Shown here: positions 11,478 to 20,890 of the stretch, piece after piece
Position numbering within the stretch: the first letter of the stretch is position 1
Layout: each line of letters begins with the position of its first letter
Assembly (NCBI GenBank): GCA_963705505.1
Contig: CAVPJU010000006.1
Coordinates: 1-64,000 of the forward strand
Reading direction: 5' to 3'
Source: an uncultured bacterium
Lineage (GTDB): Bacteria > Desulfobacterota_D > UBA1144 > Nemesobacterales > UBA2774
Length of the DNA stretch: 64,000 nt
Notes under the pieces: generated by a model
Databases searched by the model: none
What the model was told of the DNA's origin: nothing
The model's input: the letters and a program-made list of their open reading frames with translations, nothing else
Program-made: the position numbers and the translations under genes

Positions 11478-11506
11478 TTGCAACCTGTAAAACACTGTGT
11501 TATGAT
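11478..11506 (+). promoter_or_regulatory. Putative sigma-70 promoter of sucD
   Basis: TTGCAA-N17-TATGAT with TGn extended -10. Confidence 0.6.
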
Positions 11507-11562
11507 TCCATTCCTCTATTAAGGCTGTAAGACCCGGAGTTACTGAAAAGGAGTTCTGAAAC

Positions 11563-12432
11563 ATGAGTATTTTAGTGAACAAGAATACCAAGGTCATAGT
11601 TCAGGGAATTACCGGAAGCGCGGGATTATTCCACGCGACCCAGTGCCGCGAATACGGCACGAAGGTAGTGGGCGGCGTGACCCCCGGGAAAGGGGGGACC
11701 GAGGTCGAGGGGTTCCCGGTATTCGACACTGTCGCGGACGCAGTCAAGAAGACGGGAGCAAACACGTCGCTTATATTCGTGCCTGCCCCTTTTGCGATGG
11801 ATTCCATGGTGGAGGCGATGGACGCAGGGATCGAGCTCGTTATCTGTATAACGGAGGGCGTGCCTACACAGGACATGATAAAAGTAAAAGAGTACATGAA
11901 AGGCAGGAAAGCGAGGCTCGTGGGTCCCAACTGCCCGGGAGTTATGACGCCGGGCGAAGCAAAAGTGGGCATCATGCCGGGATACATCCACACGCCCGGC
12001 AGAATAGGCATTATCTCGAGGAGCGGGACTCTCACCTATGAGGCCGTATGGCAGCTCTCGAATTTAGGAATCGGACAATCCACGTGCGTCGGGATAGGCG
12101 GAGACCCGATTATAGGCTCCACGTTCATCGATATACTGAAGCTCTTCGAAAAGGACAAGGATACGGACGCTGTAGTCATGATCGGCGAGATCGGAGGGAG
12201 TGCGGAAGAGGAAGCCGCCGAATTCATAAAGTCGCATATGTCTAAACCCGTCGTCGCATTCATAGCCGGAGCGACGGCGCCAAAAGGGAAGAGGATGGGG
12301 CACGCAGGTGCTATCATATCCGGAAGCTCCGGCAGCGCGAAGGATAAAGTCGCCGCGCTCGAAAGAGCGGGAGTGAGGGTATGTCCGAGCCCTGCCGAGA
12401 TGGGGGAGACCCTTAAAGAAGCGATCGGCTAG
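11563..12432 (+). CDS. sucD: Succinyl-CoA ligase alpha subunit
   Basis: Motifs [35 protein letters not shown] and RMGHAGA (phospho-His). Confidence 0.97.
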   Translation: MSILVNKNTKVIVQGITGSAGLFHATQCREYGTKVVGGVTPGKGGTEVEGFPVFDTVADAVKKTGANTSLIFVPAPFAMDSMVEAMDAGIELVICITEGVPTQDMIKVKEYMKGRKARLVGPNCPGVMTPGEAKVGIMPGYIHTPGRIGIISRSGTLTYEAVWQLSNLGIGQSTCVGIGGDPIIGSTFIDILKLFEKDKDTDAVVMIGEIGGSAEEEAAEFIKSHMSKPVVAFIAGATAPKGKRMGHAGAIISGSSGSAKDKVAALERAGVRVCPSPAEMGETLKEAIG

Positions 12433-12433
12433 C

Positions 12434-13384
12434 TCAGATGTAAATCTCCAAATTTTCCCTGAGCCAATCGTAGTGCATCGTGAGCCCTTCCCTTATGCCG
12501 ATCTTCGGGGAATACTGAAAATCTTTTTTAGCCTTAGAGACATCGGCGTAGGTATGCCGGGCGTCGCCCCTTTGTGATTCCGTGAACCTGAGATCGGCCC
12601 TCTTTCCTGAGACCTCCTCGATAAGCCTTATACACTCGATGAGCTTTACTCTGCTCCCGCCGCCTGTGTTGTAGACTTCCCCGTCGACCCCTTTTGAGAA
12701 AGCTTGGATGTTGGCTTCGACCGCGTCCCCGATAAAGGTGAAATCCCTCGTCTGCTCCCCCGTTCCGTAAACCTCGATTTCCTCGCCGATCAGGACGGCC
12801 TTCAGAAACTTGTGAAAGGCCATGTCGGGACGCTGCCGGGGGCCGTATACGGTGAAGTATCTCAGGGACACGACCGGGACGCCGTAACCCTTGTAGTAGA
12901 GGTAAGCGAGCTGCTCGCCCGCGAGCTTGGAAACACCGTAAGGCGAAACGGGCTTCACTTGTGTGGTCTCTTTAATCGGGAACTCTTCCGCATCCCCGTA
13001 GACCGATGAAGAAGAAGCGTATACAAACTTTTTGAGGTTCTTGTCTTTAGAGGCTTCGAGAAGAAGCTGCGTCCCCAGAATGTTGTTCCTGACATATTCG
13101 TTGAACCTGCCGCCCCAGCTCGATCTTACTCCGGCGATAGCAGCCTGATGGAACACGGCGTCTATCCCACTCAACAGCTTTTCCATATCCAGGTCGAGTA
13201 TATCGGCCTCGACGAATTCGAAACCCTTTTTCCCACGCAAACCTTTCAGGTTGTTCTCTTTGACCTTGCGCGGGTAATAATCGAGAAACGAATCTACGCC
13301 CGTGACCCGGTACCCCTCTTTTAAAAGCCTCTCCGCCAGGTGAGAGCCGATAAACCCGGAGACTCCTGTGACCAGAATTTTCAT
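12434..13384 (-). CDS. NAD-dependent nucleotide-sugar epimerase/dehydratase (UDP-glucuronate 4-epimerase-like)
   Basis: Motifs TGVSGFIG, HQAAIAGVRSS, ASSSSVYG, YGVSK and RYFTVYGPRQRPDMA. Confidence 0.9.
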   Translation of the reverse strand: MKILVTGVSGFIGSHLAERLLKEGYRVTGVDSFLDYYPRKVKENNLKGLRGKKGFEFVEADILDLDMEKLLSGIDAVFHQAAIAGVRSSWGGRFNEYVRNNILGTQLLLEASKDKNLKKFVYASSSSVYGDAEEFPIKETTQVKPVSPYGVSKLAGEQLAYLYYKGYGVPVVSLRYFTVYGPRQRPDMAFHKFLKAVLIGEEIEVYGTGEQTRDFTFIGDAVEANIQAFSKGVDGEVYNTGGGSRVKLIECIRLIEEVSGKRADLRFTESQRGDARHTYADVSKAKKDFQYSPKIGIREGLTMHYDWLRENLEIYI

Positions 13385-13476
13385 TCTACTGTTTTATGCC
13401 CCTTATATCCTTATTTTCCCGCGTCAACGATTTAATTTGACAATGAATAAAACCACAATACATTAGTATAATCACG

Positions 13477-13941
13477 GTGAAATACAAGATAATAATACTA
13501 TTAATTTTCGTGTTATTCGCCATAAGCGCCGGCAGCGCCGGCGCAGTCCCGCCGCCATGTTCCCCCGAAGAGCTTCTCCAAAGCTCCGATTATGCGGTCG
13601 AAGGGACGGTTATCAAAATCGAGTGCGGGAAGCCTTACGATTCCGGGGAATGCAGAGTGTCTTCTGATAATCAGGATAATTTCATGCCGGAGCTCGTATC
13701 GAAATGCAGGGCGACGGTGAAAGTCACAAAGGATATAAAGGGTAAATACGGAACCGGAGATGAGGCTCCCGTACCGTATTTAAAAGTCGTTCAGGATTGC
13801 AAGAACGGAAGTCACATAATTCCCGGAAGCCCGAAGGCCGACCTCACTGAAAACACCGATATCAGGTATTACAGCTCCGAGCTCTGCAGATACTCGAATT
13901 TGGAAACGTTGACGCCTTCAGCGCCGGAGCCGGGAAAATAA
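13477..13941 (+). CDS. Secreted Cys-containing hypothetical protein (TIMP/NTR-like OB fold candidate)
   Basis: Signal peptide, then PPCSPEELLQSSDYAVEGTV; 6 Cys. Confidence 0.6.
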   Translation: MKYKIIILLIFVLFAISAGSAGAVPPPCSPEELLQSSDYAVEGTVIKIECGKPYDSGECRVSSDNQDNFMPELVSKCRATVKVTKDIKGKYGTGDEAPVPYLKVVQDCKNGSHIIPGSPKADLTENTDIRYYSSELCRYSNLETLTPSAPEPGK

Positions 13942-14005
13942 TCAGCTCTTCGATATTAAGCCCGGATATGCTTGCTGCCGGGAAATGCAGTATTAAACTA
14001 ATCCA

Positions 14006-15571
14006 ATGCCTCTTAGCCCGTTCGAACTCGAAATTTTTCAGAATACGTTAAGCTCGATCGCCGAGGAAATGGGGGTTGTCCTCATACGCGCAGGCTTCTC
14101 GCCTAACATCAAAGAGCGAAGGGACCTGTCCTGCGCGATATTCAAAGCCGACGGCGAAATGATCGCACAGGCCGCGCACATCCCCGTGCATCTGGGATCC
14201 ATGAGCTTCGCGGTGAAAGCCGTAATCAGCGAGCCCGCGATTTCGGAAGGCGACGTCTTTATTCTTAACGACCCCTTCAGGGGAGGGACTCACCTGCCGG
14301 ACGTCACCTGTATCGCCCCTGTATTCGTAAACGGCGCTCTCGAGTTCTTCGTCGCCTCCCGTGCACACCACGCGGACATGGGTGGGCTTACGCCGGGCTC
14401 GATGCCGTTATCCACCTCGATTCACGAGGAGGGCATACTGATACCCCCATCGAGACTCTATAAAAAAGGGAAACTTAACAGGCCCCTTTTCAATAAAATC
14501 CTGTCCTCGACACGCGACCCGGAAGAAAGGGAAGGCGATTTCAGGGCACAGCTGGGCTCGCTCGAACTCGGAATCAGGAGATTAAAAGAGGTCATTGCAA
14601 AGTACTCTCTGAAAAAGGTCAAAGAAGCGGGTGACGAGCTTCTCCTCTACAGTGAAAAAATGATGAGGAAGGTTATAAAAAAGATACCCGACGGAGTCTA
14701 TACGTTCGAAGACGTTCTCGATGACGACGGAGCGGGCACCAGGAAAATACCCTTACGGGTTTCGGTAAAGATTAAGGGAGAAAAAGCGGTCGTAGATTTC
14801 AGGGGATCATCAGGGATGGTAAAGGGGTGTTTAAACGCGCCCCTGAGCGTGACAACCGCCGCAACCGTTTATGTGTTTCAGTGTCTTGCCCCCGACGGGA
14901 TGCCGCTTAACTCCGGCCCGCTGAGAGTGATAGAAATAAAGGCCGACAAGGGTTCGATACTCAATGCCGAATTCCCGGCGGCGGTGGTCGGCGGGAACGT
15001 CGAGACATCGCAGCGTGTGGTCGATATAGTATTCGGGGCGTTATCGAAAGCCGTCCCCGAAAAAATCCCGGCCGCGAGCGCGGGCACGATGAGCAATACG
15101 ACCTTCGGGGGCGTGAATCCGGAGACCGGGAGGGACTTCGCATACTACGAAACTATAGCGGGGGGTATGGGCGGGAGGTTCGGGAAGGACGGTGTCAACG
15201 CGGTTCAGACTCATATGACCAACACTCTCAATACCCCGATAGAAGCGCTCGAAAGGGAGCTCCCGGTGATGATCGACTCCTATAATGTGCGCAAAAAGAG
15301 CGGAGGCAGGGGAAAGTATAAGGGGGGAGACGGAATCGTGAGACGGTACAGGTTCCTGACGGACGCGACCGTTTCGCTTATAACGGAAAGAAGAAAGTCC
15401 TCCCCCTATGGTATAAAGGGCGGAGAAAGGGGCAAAAAAGGAAAAAATACACTCCTTCGAAGAGGAAAGGCAATAGCTATTCCGCCCAAGGCCACCTTCG
15501 CCGTCCGGAAGGGGGACGTGCTTGAAATTCAAACACCCGGCGGAGGCGGGTGGGGGAAATCTGCAGCCTGA
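14006..15571 (+). CDS. Hydantoinase B / 5-oxoprolinase subunit family protein
   Basis: Motifs FSPNIKERRDLSCA, HIPVHLGSM, NDPFRGGTHLPD, RAHHADMGG, HMTNTLNTP and TPGGGGWG. Confidence 0.93.
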   Translation: MPLSPFELEIFQNTLSSIAEEMGVVLIRAGFSPNIKERRDLSCAIFKADGEMIAQAAHIPVHLGSMSFAVKAVISEPAISEGDVFILNDPFRGGTHLPDVTCIAPVFVNGALEFFVASRAHHADMGGLTPGSMPLSTSIHEEGILIPPSRLYKKGKLNRPLFNKILSSTRDPEEREGDFRAQLGSLELGIRRLKEVIAKYSLKKVKEAGDELLLYSEKMMRKVIKKIPDGVYTFEDVLDDDGAGTRKIPLRVSVKIKGEKAVVDFRGSSGMVKGCLNAPLSVTTAATVYVFQCLAPDGMPLNSGPLRVIEIKADKGSILNAEFPAAVVGGNVETSQRVVDIVFGALSKAVPEKIPAASAGTMSNTTFGGVNPETGRDFAYYETIAGGMGGRFGKDGVNAVQTHMTNTLNTPIEALERELPVMIDSYNVRKKSGGRGKYKGGDGIVRRYRFLTDATVSLITERRKSSPYGIKGGERGKKGKNTLLRRGKAIAIPPKATFAVRKGDVLEIQTPGGGGWGKSAA

Positions 15572-15584
15572 TTAAAATATAACT

Positions 15585-16811
15585 ATGGAATACCCTAGAC
15601 TGAGATACATCGAAGCAATCCCCACTGAGATCGACGGGGAAAGGATAATATGCCTGAGAGACCCTCAGAACCTGAGCGAGAAGATCCTGGCCGTTTCGCC
15701 GGAGACGCTTATAATCCTGAGCCTCTTTGACGGAACGAAAACAGTCCGCGATATCCAGTCCCTGCTGATGGAGAGATTCGGCGACCTGATCTTATCGGAA
15801 GACATCGAAAGCCTGATTAAACAGCTCGACGACGCCCTTTTTCTCGAAAGCGAAAATTTCAGGGACTTTAAAAACCGTATAGAGTCCGATTTCAGGGAGG
15901 CGGGAACGAGGGAGTCGAGCCACGCGGGCCTTTCTTATCCCGAGGACTCGAGAGAACTCGACAGGTGGTTTAAAGCCTTTATACGGAAAGCGGAGGAAAC
16001 TCAGCCGTATGGAGAGGCTCCGGGGAAATTAAAAGGAATAATATCACCGCACATAGACTACAGAAGGGGAGGCGTTTCGTACGCGCTCGCATACAGGGAA
16101 TTGCTCGCGGGCCACGAAGCCGATACGTTTATCATTTTCGGGACGTCACATTACGCGGAAGTGGAAAACCCGTTCATTCTCACGAGAAAGAACTTCAAGA
16201 CCCCCCTCGGTGAAGCGGAAACAGACAGAGATATAATAGAGAAGCTGGAGGCGGCATGCGGCTGGGACCTATTCGAAGGAGAGATCTCTCACCGTACCGA
16301 ACATTCGATCGAATTCCAGGTCGCTTTTCTGCAGCATATCCTGAACGATCAAAAGAAATTCAAGATAGTCCCCATACTCTGCAATTCATTCCATAGATTG
16401 GTCACCGACGGTAAATCGCCCGTCGAGGACGAAAGGATATCGCGCTTCCTCGAAGCGATCAGTGAGATGGCGGAAAAAATGGGGGATAATGTTTTTATCA
16501 TTGCGGGGGCGGACATGGCCCATGTGGGACTTAAATTCGGCGACAAAGAGCCCGTAAACGACCAGACACTCGGCAGGATAAAGGAGCGGGATATGCTGAG
16601 CCTTTCTTTTGGCGAGAAGCTTGACGCGGAAGGGTTCTACAGGTCGGTCGAGGAAGAGAAGGATTGGAGAAAAATCTGCGGGCTTTCCCCCATATACGCG
16701 ACCCTCGCGACGATCAGGGCCGACAAAGGGAAGCTCCTCGATTACGGTCAGGCACTCGAACCCGACACGGGGTCTGTGGTGAGCTACGCGAGCATGGGAT
16801 TTTATTTATAG
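15585..16811 (+). CDS. amrB: AmmeMemoRadiSam system protein B (MEMO1 family) with N-terminal PqqD/RRE-like extension
   Basis: Motifs HAGLSYP, ISPHIDY, GTSH, EHSIEFQ, ADMAHVG, ICG and VVSYAS; about 90-aa N-terminal domain containing LFDGTKTVRDI. Confidence 0.88.
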   Translation: MEYPRLRYIEAIPTEIDGERIICLRDPQNLSEKILAVSPETLIILSLFDGTKTVRDIQSLLMERFGDLILSEDIESLIKQLDDALFLESENFRDFKNRIESDFREAGTRESSHAGLSYPEDSRELDRWFKAFIRKAEETQPYGEAPGKLKGIISPHIDYRRGGVSYALAYRELLAGHEADTFIIFGTSHYAEVENPFILTRKNFKTPLGEAETDRDIIEKLEAACGWDLFEGEISHRTEHSIEFQVAFLQHILNDQKKFKIVPILCNSFHRLVTDGKSPVEDERISRFLEAISEMAEKMGDNVFIIAGADMAHVGLKFGDKEPVNDQTLGRIKERDMLSLSFGEKLDAEGFYRSVEEEKDWRKICGLSPIYATLATIRADKGKLLDYGQALEPDTGSVVSYASMGFYL

Positions 16812-16959
16812 CCACGAAGACGCAAAGAAAAGATGGAATATTGCCATGTCATAGCGGGAAGGATTTATAGAAGAGAAACATATGCCTCTTGTTAAAAATG
16901 GCGTCAGGAGATTTATCCTGTAATACTTACTGTTTTAGAGAACCGGCGGCTACGAGAAA

Positions 16960-17922
16960 ATGTTTAAAGATTTATTGATACTGGATGCGCACGAAGATAT
17001 AGCGTTCCACATGAATCACTACGGGAGGGACTTCGTCAACCCTTCCCTGGCGTGTATGATCACACTACCACGATTGAAGGAAGGGAACGTCGGACTCGTA
17101 TTCAATACCATTTTCGTTCACCCCAAACACAAACCCGAAAAGACGCTTGAGTCGGCGCTCGAGCAGTTCGATACGTACGATAAGATATATAAAGAGCATA
17201 AGGACGAAGTATTCCAGATAAAAACACAAAAAGATCTGACAAGCATAGGCAAGAACGGAAGGATCGGGTTCCTCACGCTGATGGAAGGGGCTGACCCCAT
17301 AGAAAGCCCGGACAAGCTCGGCGAGTTCCGAGACAGGGGAGTGAGGATAATAGGGCTTACATGGAACGATAAAAACCGATACGCCTCGGGGAACGAAACG
17401 GAGGACGGGCTCTCGGATGACGGGGTGATGCTGATCAGAAGAATGAATGAGCTCGGCATCACGCTTGACCTCTCACATATAAACGAAAAGGGGTTCTGGG
17501 AGGCTATAGGACTTACGAGCCTCATACCGATCGCCTCACACTCAAACGCGAGGTCGCTCACGAACCATCCGAGGAACCTCAAAGACGACCAGCTCCTTGC
17601 CATCTCGGAAAGAGGGGGGGTCGTAGGGATCGTTCTCTATAACCAGTTCCTCAAAACGAGCGATAAAACGCCCACAGTCGAAGACGTTTTCGCCCATACG
17701 GACTATATCGTCAGGCTCTGCGGGGAGGACCATGTCGGCATAGGGAGCGATATGGACGGAGCCAGGATCGAGGACTTCCCCGAGGACCTGAGAAAGATAT
17801 CGGACCTGCCGAAAATAGCGGAATTCTTCCTGGAAAAAGGATACTCCGAGGAAAGGGTGAGAAAGATTATGGGCGGGAATTTTTTACGTGTCATAAAGAA
17901 GAACATCGCACCGATCGGTTAA
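16960..17922 (+). CDS. Membrane (renal) dipeptidase family M19
   Basis: Motifs DAHED, MEGAD, GLTWN, LDLSH, ASHSN and HVGIGSDMDG. Confidence 0.92.
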   Translation: MFKDLLILDAHEDIAFHMNHYGRDFVNPSLACMITLPRLKEGNVGLVFNTIFVHPKHKPEKTLESALEQFDTYDKIYKEHKDEVFQIKTQKDLTSIGKNGRIGFLTLMEGADPIESPDKLGEFRDRGVRIIGLTWNDKNRYASGNETEDGLSDDGVMLIRRMNELGITLDLSHINEKGFWEAIGLTSLIPIASHSNARSLTNHPRNLKDDQLLAISERGGVVGIVLYNQFLKTSDKTPTVEDVFAHTDYIVRLCGEDHVGIGSDMDGARIEDFPEDLRKISDLPKIAEFFLEKGYSEERVRKIMGGNFLRVIKKNIAPIG

Positions 17923-17966
17923 ATCCGGCTCTCTTTAATGGACTTATAACAACTCAAAAATAAACC

Positions 17967-18986
17967 CTAAATTCTCTTAATAAGCGCGTCGGCGAATTCC
18001 ATTGTGCCGAGCTTGCCGCCGAGGTCGCGTGTCCTGTCGCCATCCTGCAGGGCGCTGTCATAGGCATTTTTAATCTTTTCGGCGCAAGCGCGAAAATCCT
18101 CGCGCCCCTCCGTATCGGCGAGGTGGTTTAACATCATCACTCCCGACATTAGAAGCGCAAGCGGGTTGGCAATTTTTTTGCCGGCTATATCGGGAGCCGA
18201 GCCGTGGACCGCCTCGAAAACGGCTTCCCTGTCGCCTATGTTAGCGCCCGGGACGACGCCGAGCCCTCCCACGAGGCCGGCGCAGAGGTCGCTTATCAAA
18301 TCCCCGTAAAGGTTCTCGAGGAGCAAAAGATCGAAAAGGGAGGGGTCCTGGACGAGCTTCATGCAGCCCGCGTCTATTATCATCTCCTCATACTGGATAT
18401 CAGTATATTCCTTACTCGCTTCCTTCGACTTCCTGATAAAGAGACCGTCGGTCATCTTCATAATGTTGGCCTTGTGGAAGACCGTGACCTTTTTTCTGTG
18501 ACGATGGCGCGCATACTCGAACGCCCAGTGCGAAATACGCGTGCACGCCTTCTCGGTAGCCACTTTCATGCTCATGACGACGCCCGGTGAGACTATATTT
18601 TCGACCCCGCTGTATAGCCCCTCGGTATTTTCACGGATTATGACGATGTCCACGTTCCTGAACCTGGTTATAACTCCCGGCAGGTTTCTAACCGGCCTCA
18701 CGGCGGCGTAAAGGTCAAGCGTCTTCCTGAGCTTAACGTTTACAGACGTAAAGCCTTCGCCTATAGGCGTAGTGCAGGGGCCCTTTAAGGCGACCTTATG
18801 CTCTTTTATGGCTTCGATAGTCTCATCCGGCAGGACGTCGAGACCTTTCTCAAGCGCGGCCAGACCCGCCAGATGCTCGACCCATTCTATGTCAGCACCG
18901 GAGGCTTCTATCACCTTTTTTACCGCTTCCATGATATCGGGACCTATCCCGTCCCCCGGGATTGTTACTACATTACGTTTGCTCAT
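17967..18986 (-). CDS. icd: Isocitrate/isopropylmalate dehydrogenase family, probably NAD-dependent isocitrate dehydrogenase
   Basis: Motifs IPGDGIGP, SVNVKLRKTLDLY, RENTEGLY, HKANIMK, NLYGDLISDL and FEAVHGSAPDIAG. Confidence 0.85.
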   Translation of the reverse strand: MSKRNVVTIPGDGIGPDIMEAVKKVIEASGADIEWVEHLAGLAALEKGLDVLPDETIEAIKEHKVALKGPCTTPIGEGFTSVNVKLRKTLDLYAAVRPVRNLPGVITRFRNVDIVIIRENTEGLYSGVENIVSPGVVMSMKVATEKACTRISHWAFEYARHRHRKKVTVFHKANIMKMTDGLFIRKSKEASKEYTDIQYEEMIIDAGCMKLVQDPSLFDLLLLENLYGDLISDLCAGLVGGLGVVPGANIGDREAVFEAVHGSAPDIAGKKIANPLALLMSGVMMLNHLADTEGREDFRACAEKIKNAYDSALQDGDRTRDLGGKLGTMEFADALIKRI

Positions 18987-19138
18987 GTCAGATATTGAAC
19001 CCAGATTTTACGCGCTTATCAATTCCCTGAAATCAAAAATTCGAAAAAAACCGCGGGCTGTTTTTACGAAAAGCTTCACCGAACATTCACCCCCGCTTAA
19101 CCCCGATTAAACATCCGTATGATTGAATAATAGCCGAG

Positions 19139-19747
19139 ATGATCACTTTCCGCCGGCTTTCAATCCCGAATTCGATGAAACTCGTCTTACTCGTAACGCT
19201 GGGAATGATGCTGACGAGCTCCGTCATATCCGTTTTATACGGGGAAAGGTTCCTCGAGCTCGGAGAAAAGCTGCTGACCAGGTACGGCCAGGGCAACATG
19301 GATATCATGCTGTACTTGATAACCGCCGTAAGCAGCTCTCCTCTCACTCTGCCTGTCTCGGCTTACGCAGTGCTCGGCACGCTTTTGGGTCTCGAACCGG
19401 GGAGGTTAATAACGCTGATGGCGTTGGGAGCAATGACCGGCTCCACCATCTCATACCTCCTGGGGAGATTCTTCGGGAATACGCCATTCGTCAGGAGAAA
19501 ATTTCCGGAGGTTTCAGACCGCAAGTGGACCGAAGGACGCTCTCTCAGAGCCGTGAGCCTGATACTGCTCGGGGGAGCCGTGTCGCCGATACCGGTCCAT
19601 CCGATATATGCCGCATGCGGGATGATGCGTTACCCGATGGCGCTGTTTATATCCATCTTGTTCCTCGCCTGGTGGATTAGGATAGGCATCGTCGTGCTGG
19701 GGATCAAATTTATAAGCCAACTGGAGTTCATGAACCTATTGACCTGA
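19139..19747 (+). CDS. DedA/VTT (SNARE-associated) family membrane protein
   Basis: Hydrophobic; GAMTGSTISYLLGR and SPIP motifs. The start may be ATG 19175. Confidence 0.7.
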   Translation: MITFRRLSIPNSMKLVLLVTLGMMLTSSVISVLYGERFLELGEKLLTRYGQGNMDIMLYLITAVSSSPLTLPVSAYAVLGTLLGLEPGRLITLMALGAMTGSTISYLLGRFFGNTPFVRRKFPEVSDRKWTEGRSLRAVSLILLGGAVSPIPVHPIYAACGMMRYPMALFISILFLAWWIRIGIVVLGIKFISQLEFMNLLT

Positions 19748-20434
19748 TCAGTTTTTCTTCCTCAGGGCATTCGCCGTATATATGCTGATGAGCCTTGCAA
19801 CCAGGAACGCGATATAGAGCTGTCCGAAAATGGCTTCGAGCACGGATATTATTCTCCCGACAGGGGTTACCGACGTGATGTCCCCGTATCCGAGAGTCGC
19901 AAGGGTCGTATAGCTGTAATACAGAAGCTCATTTATGCTCATCTTGTTATCGATATCGCCGTTATAACCCTGGAAGACAGCCCCCGGTGAGATATATTCG
20001 AGCAGCCCGTATATAGTCGCCCATAATATTCCAAGCAGCAGGTACACACAAACAGCGCCGTATAGCGTATCTGTCGTCACCTCTTCGGATTTTAAGATAT
20101 GCTCCAGGATGGTAATGGTCACGAAAAGAAAAAAGAGCATGCTCGTGAAAATGGTCCGGGTAGATTTTGTAAAGGTCCACTCGGATAGAAACCAGGGGAG
20201 ACCCAGTATGATGAGTATGAGGAGGGTCCTTTTATTTCCGGCACCCACCGCATAAACTCCCAGTAAGAAAACAATGCTGCTCATCGAGTTTACGACCAGA
20301 TACCCGTATTTAGACCCTTCCAGCACTGCCGAGAGAATTAGCAGAAGCAATATGGAAACCATAAAGTTGAACATCTTGTATTTCGTCGAGCTTATCATCA
20401 GGGCGGTGAAACCCGGCTTGAAGACCTCGTTCAT
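19748..20434 (-). CDS. Potassium channel family protein (Ion_trans_2)
   Basis: YYSYTTLATLGYGDITS selectivity-filter motif, then E.IFGQLYIAFLVARLI. Confidence 0.88.
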   Translation of the reverse strand: MNEVFKPGFTALMISSTKYKMFNFMVSILLLLILSAVLEGSKYGYLVVNSMSSIVFLLGVYAVGAGNKRTLLILIILGLPWFLSEWTFTKSTRTIFTSMLFFLFVTITILEHILKSEEVTTDTLYGAVCVYLLLGILWATIYGLLEYISPGAVFQGYNGDIDNKMSINELLYYSYTTLATLGYGDITSVTPVGRIISVLEAIFGQLYIAFLVARLISIYTANALRKKN

Positions 20435-20542
20435 TTTATAAACCTCCGGCTGGAGTTCCTATCATCAAATAATAGTAGATTTTAACGGGAAGCGGTAGCG
20501 GGGGAGAAGAGGAAGAATTTAGATTCAGCATGGCTAAGGATA

Positions 20543-20570
20543 CGTCCTTCGACAGGCTCAGGACGAACGG
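20543..20570. repeat. REP-like palindrome CGTCCTTCGACAGGCTCAGGACGAACGG
   Basis: CGTCCT/AGGACG inverted arms in intergenic DNA; resembles a recurrent REP-like element class. Confidence 0.5.
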
Positions 20571-20692
20571 GTTTAGTATATTATGGTACCCCCTCACCTT
20601 AATTTGGATTAGGGAACAATGAGGCAGAGCTCAGATTAGCGTTAAGTACGTTATGGTAATGGCATCCTATTTCTCCTCTTCGTCGACCCTAG

Positions 20693-20716
20693 TTCTCTCC
20701 CACATTGGGGAGAGGA
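20693..20716. repeat. REP-like hairpin CTCTCCC-N6-GGGAGAG
   Basis: Perfect 7-bp stem. The usual CCCCTCACC leader of such elements lies separately at 20589-20603. Confidence 0.45.
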
Positions 20717-20763
20717 AATTGAAGAAAAGAAGTGATGAAAGATGAGGTCCTATAAGTAATCTC

Positions 20764-20890
20764 CTAGAACCTGTAAGTCAGTTTCAGGCTGTAATTGTTA
20801 TAATCGTTGTCGACCCCGGCTGAGAAAGTGAAGGAGAGGTCCAATGCTTCCACGTAGATTGAAGCGCGTCCGGTAGAATCGGCTCTTACC
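20764..20890 (-). pseudogene. Orphan C-terminal fragment resembling the last strands of an outer-membrane beta-barrel
   Basis: Manual translation ...IYVEALDLSFTFSAGVDNDYNNYSLKLTYRF-stop; alternating pattern and terminal Phe; no clear SD-linked start. Confidence 0.35.
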
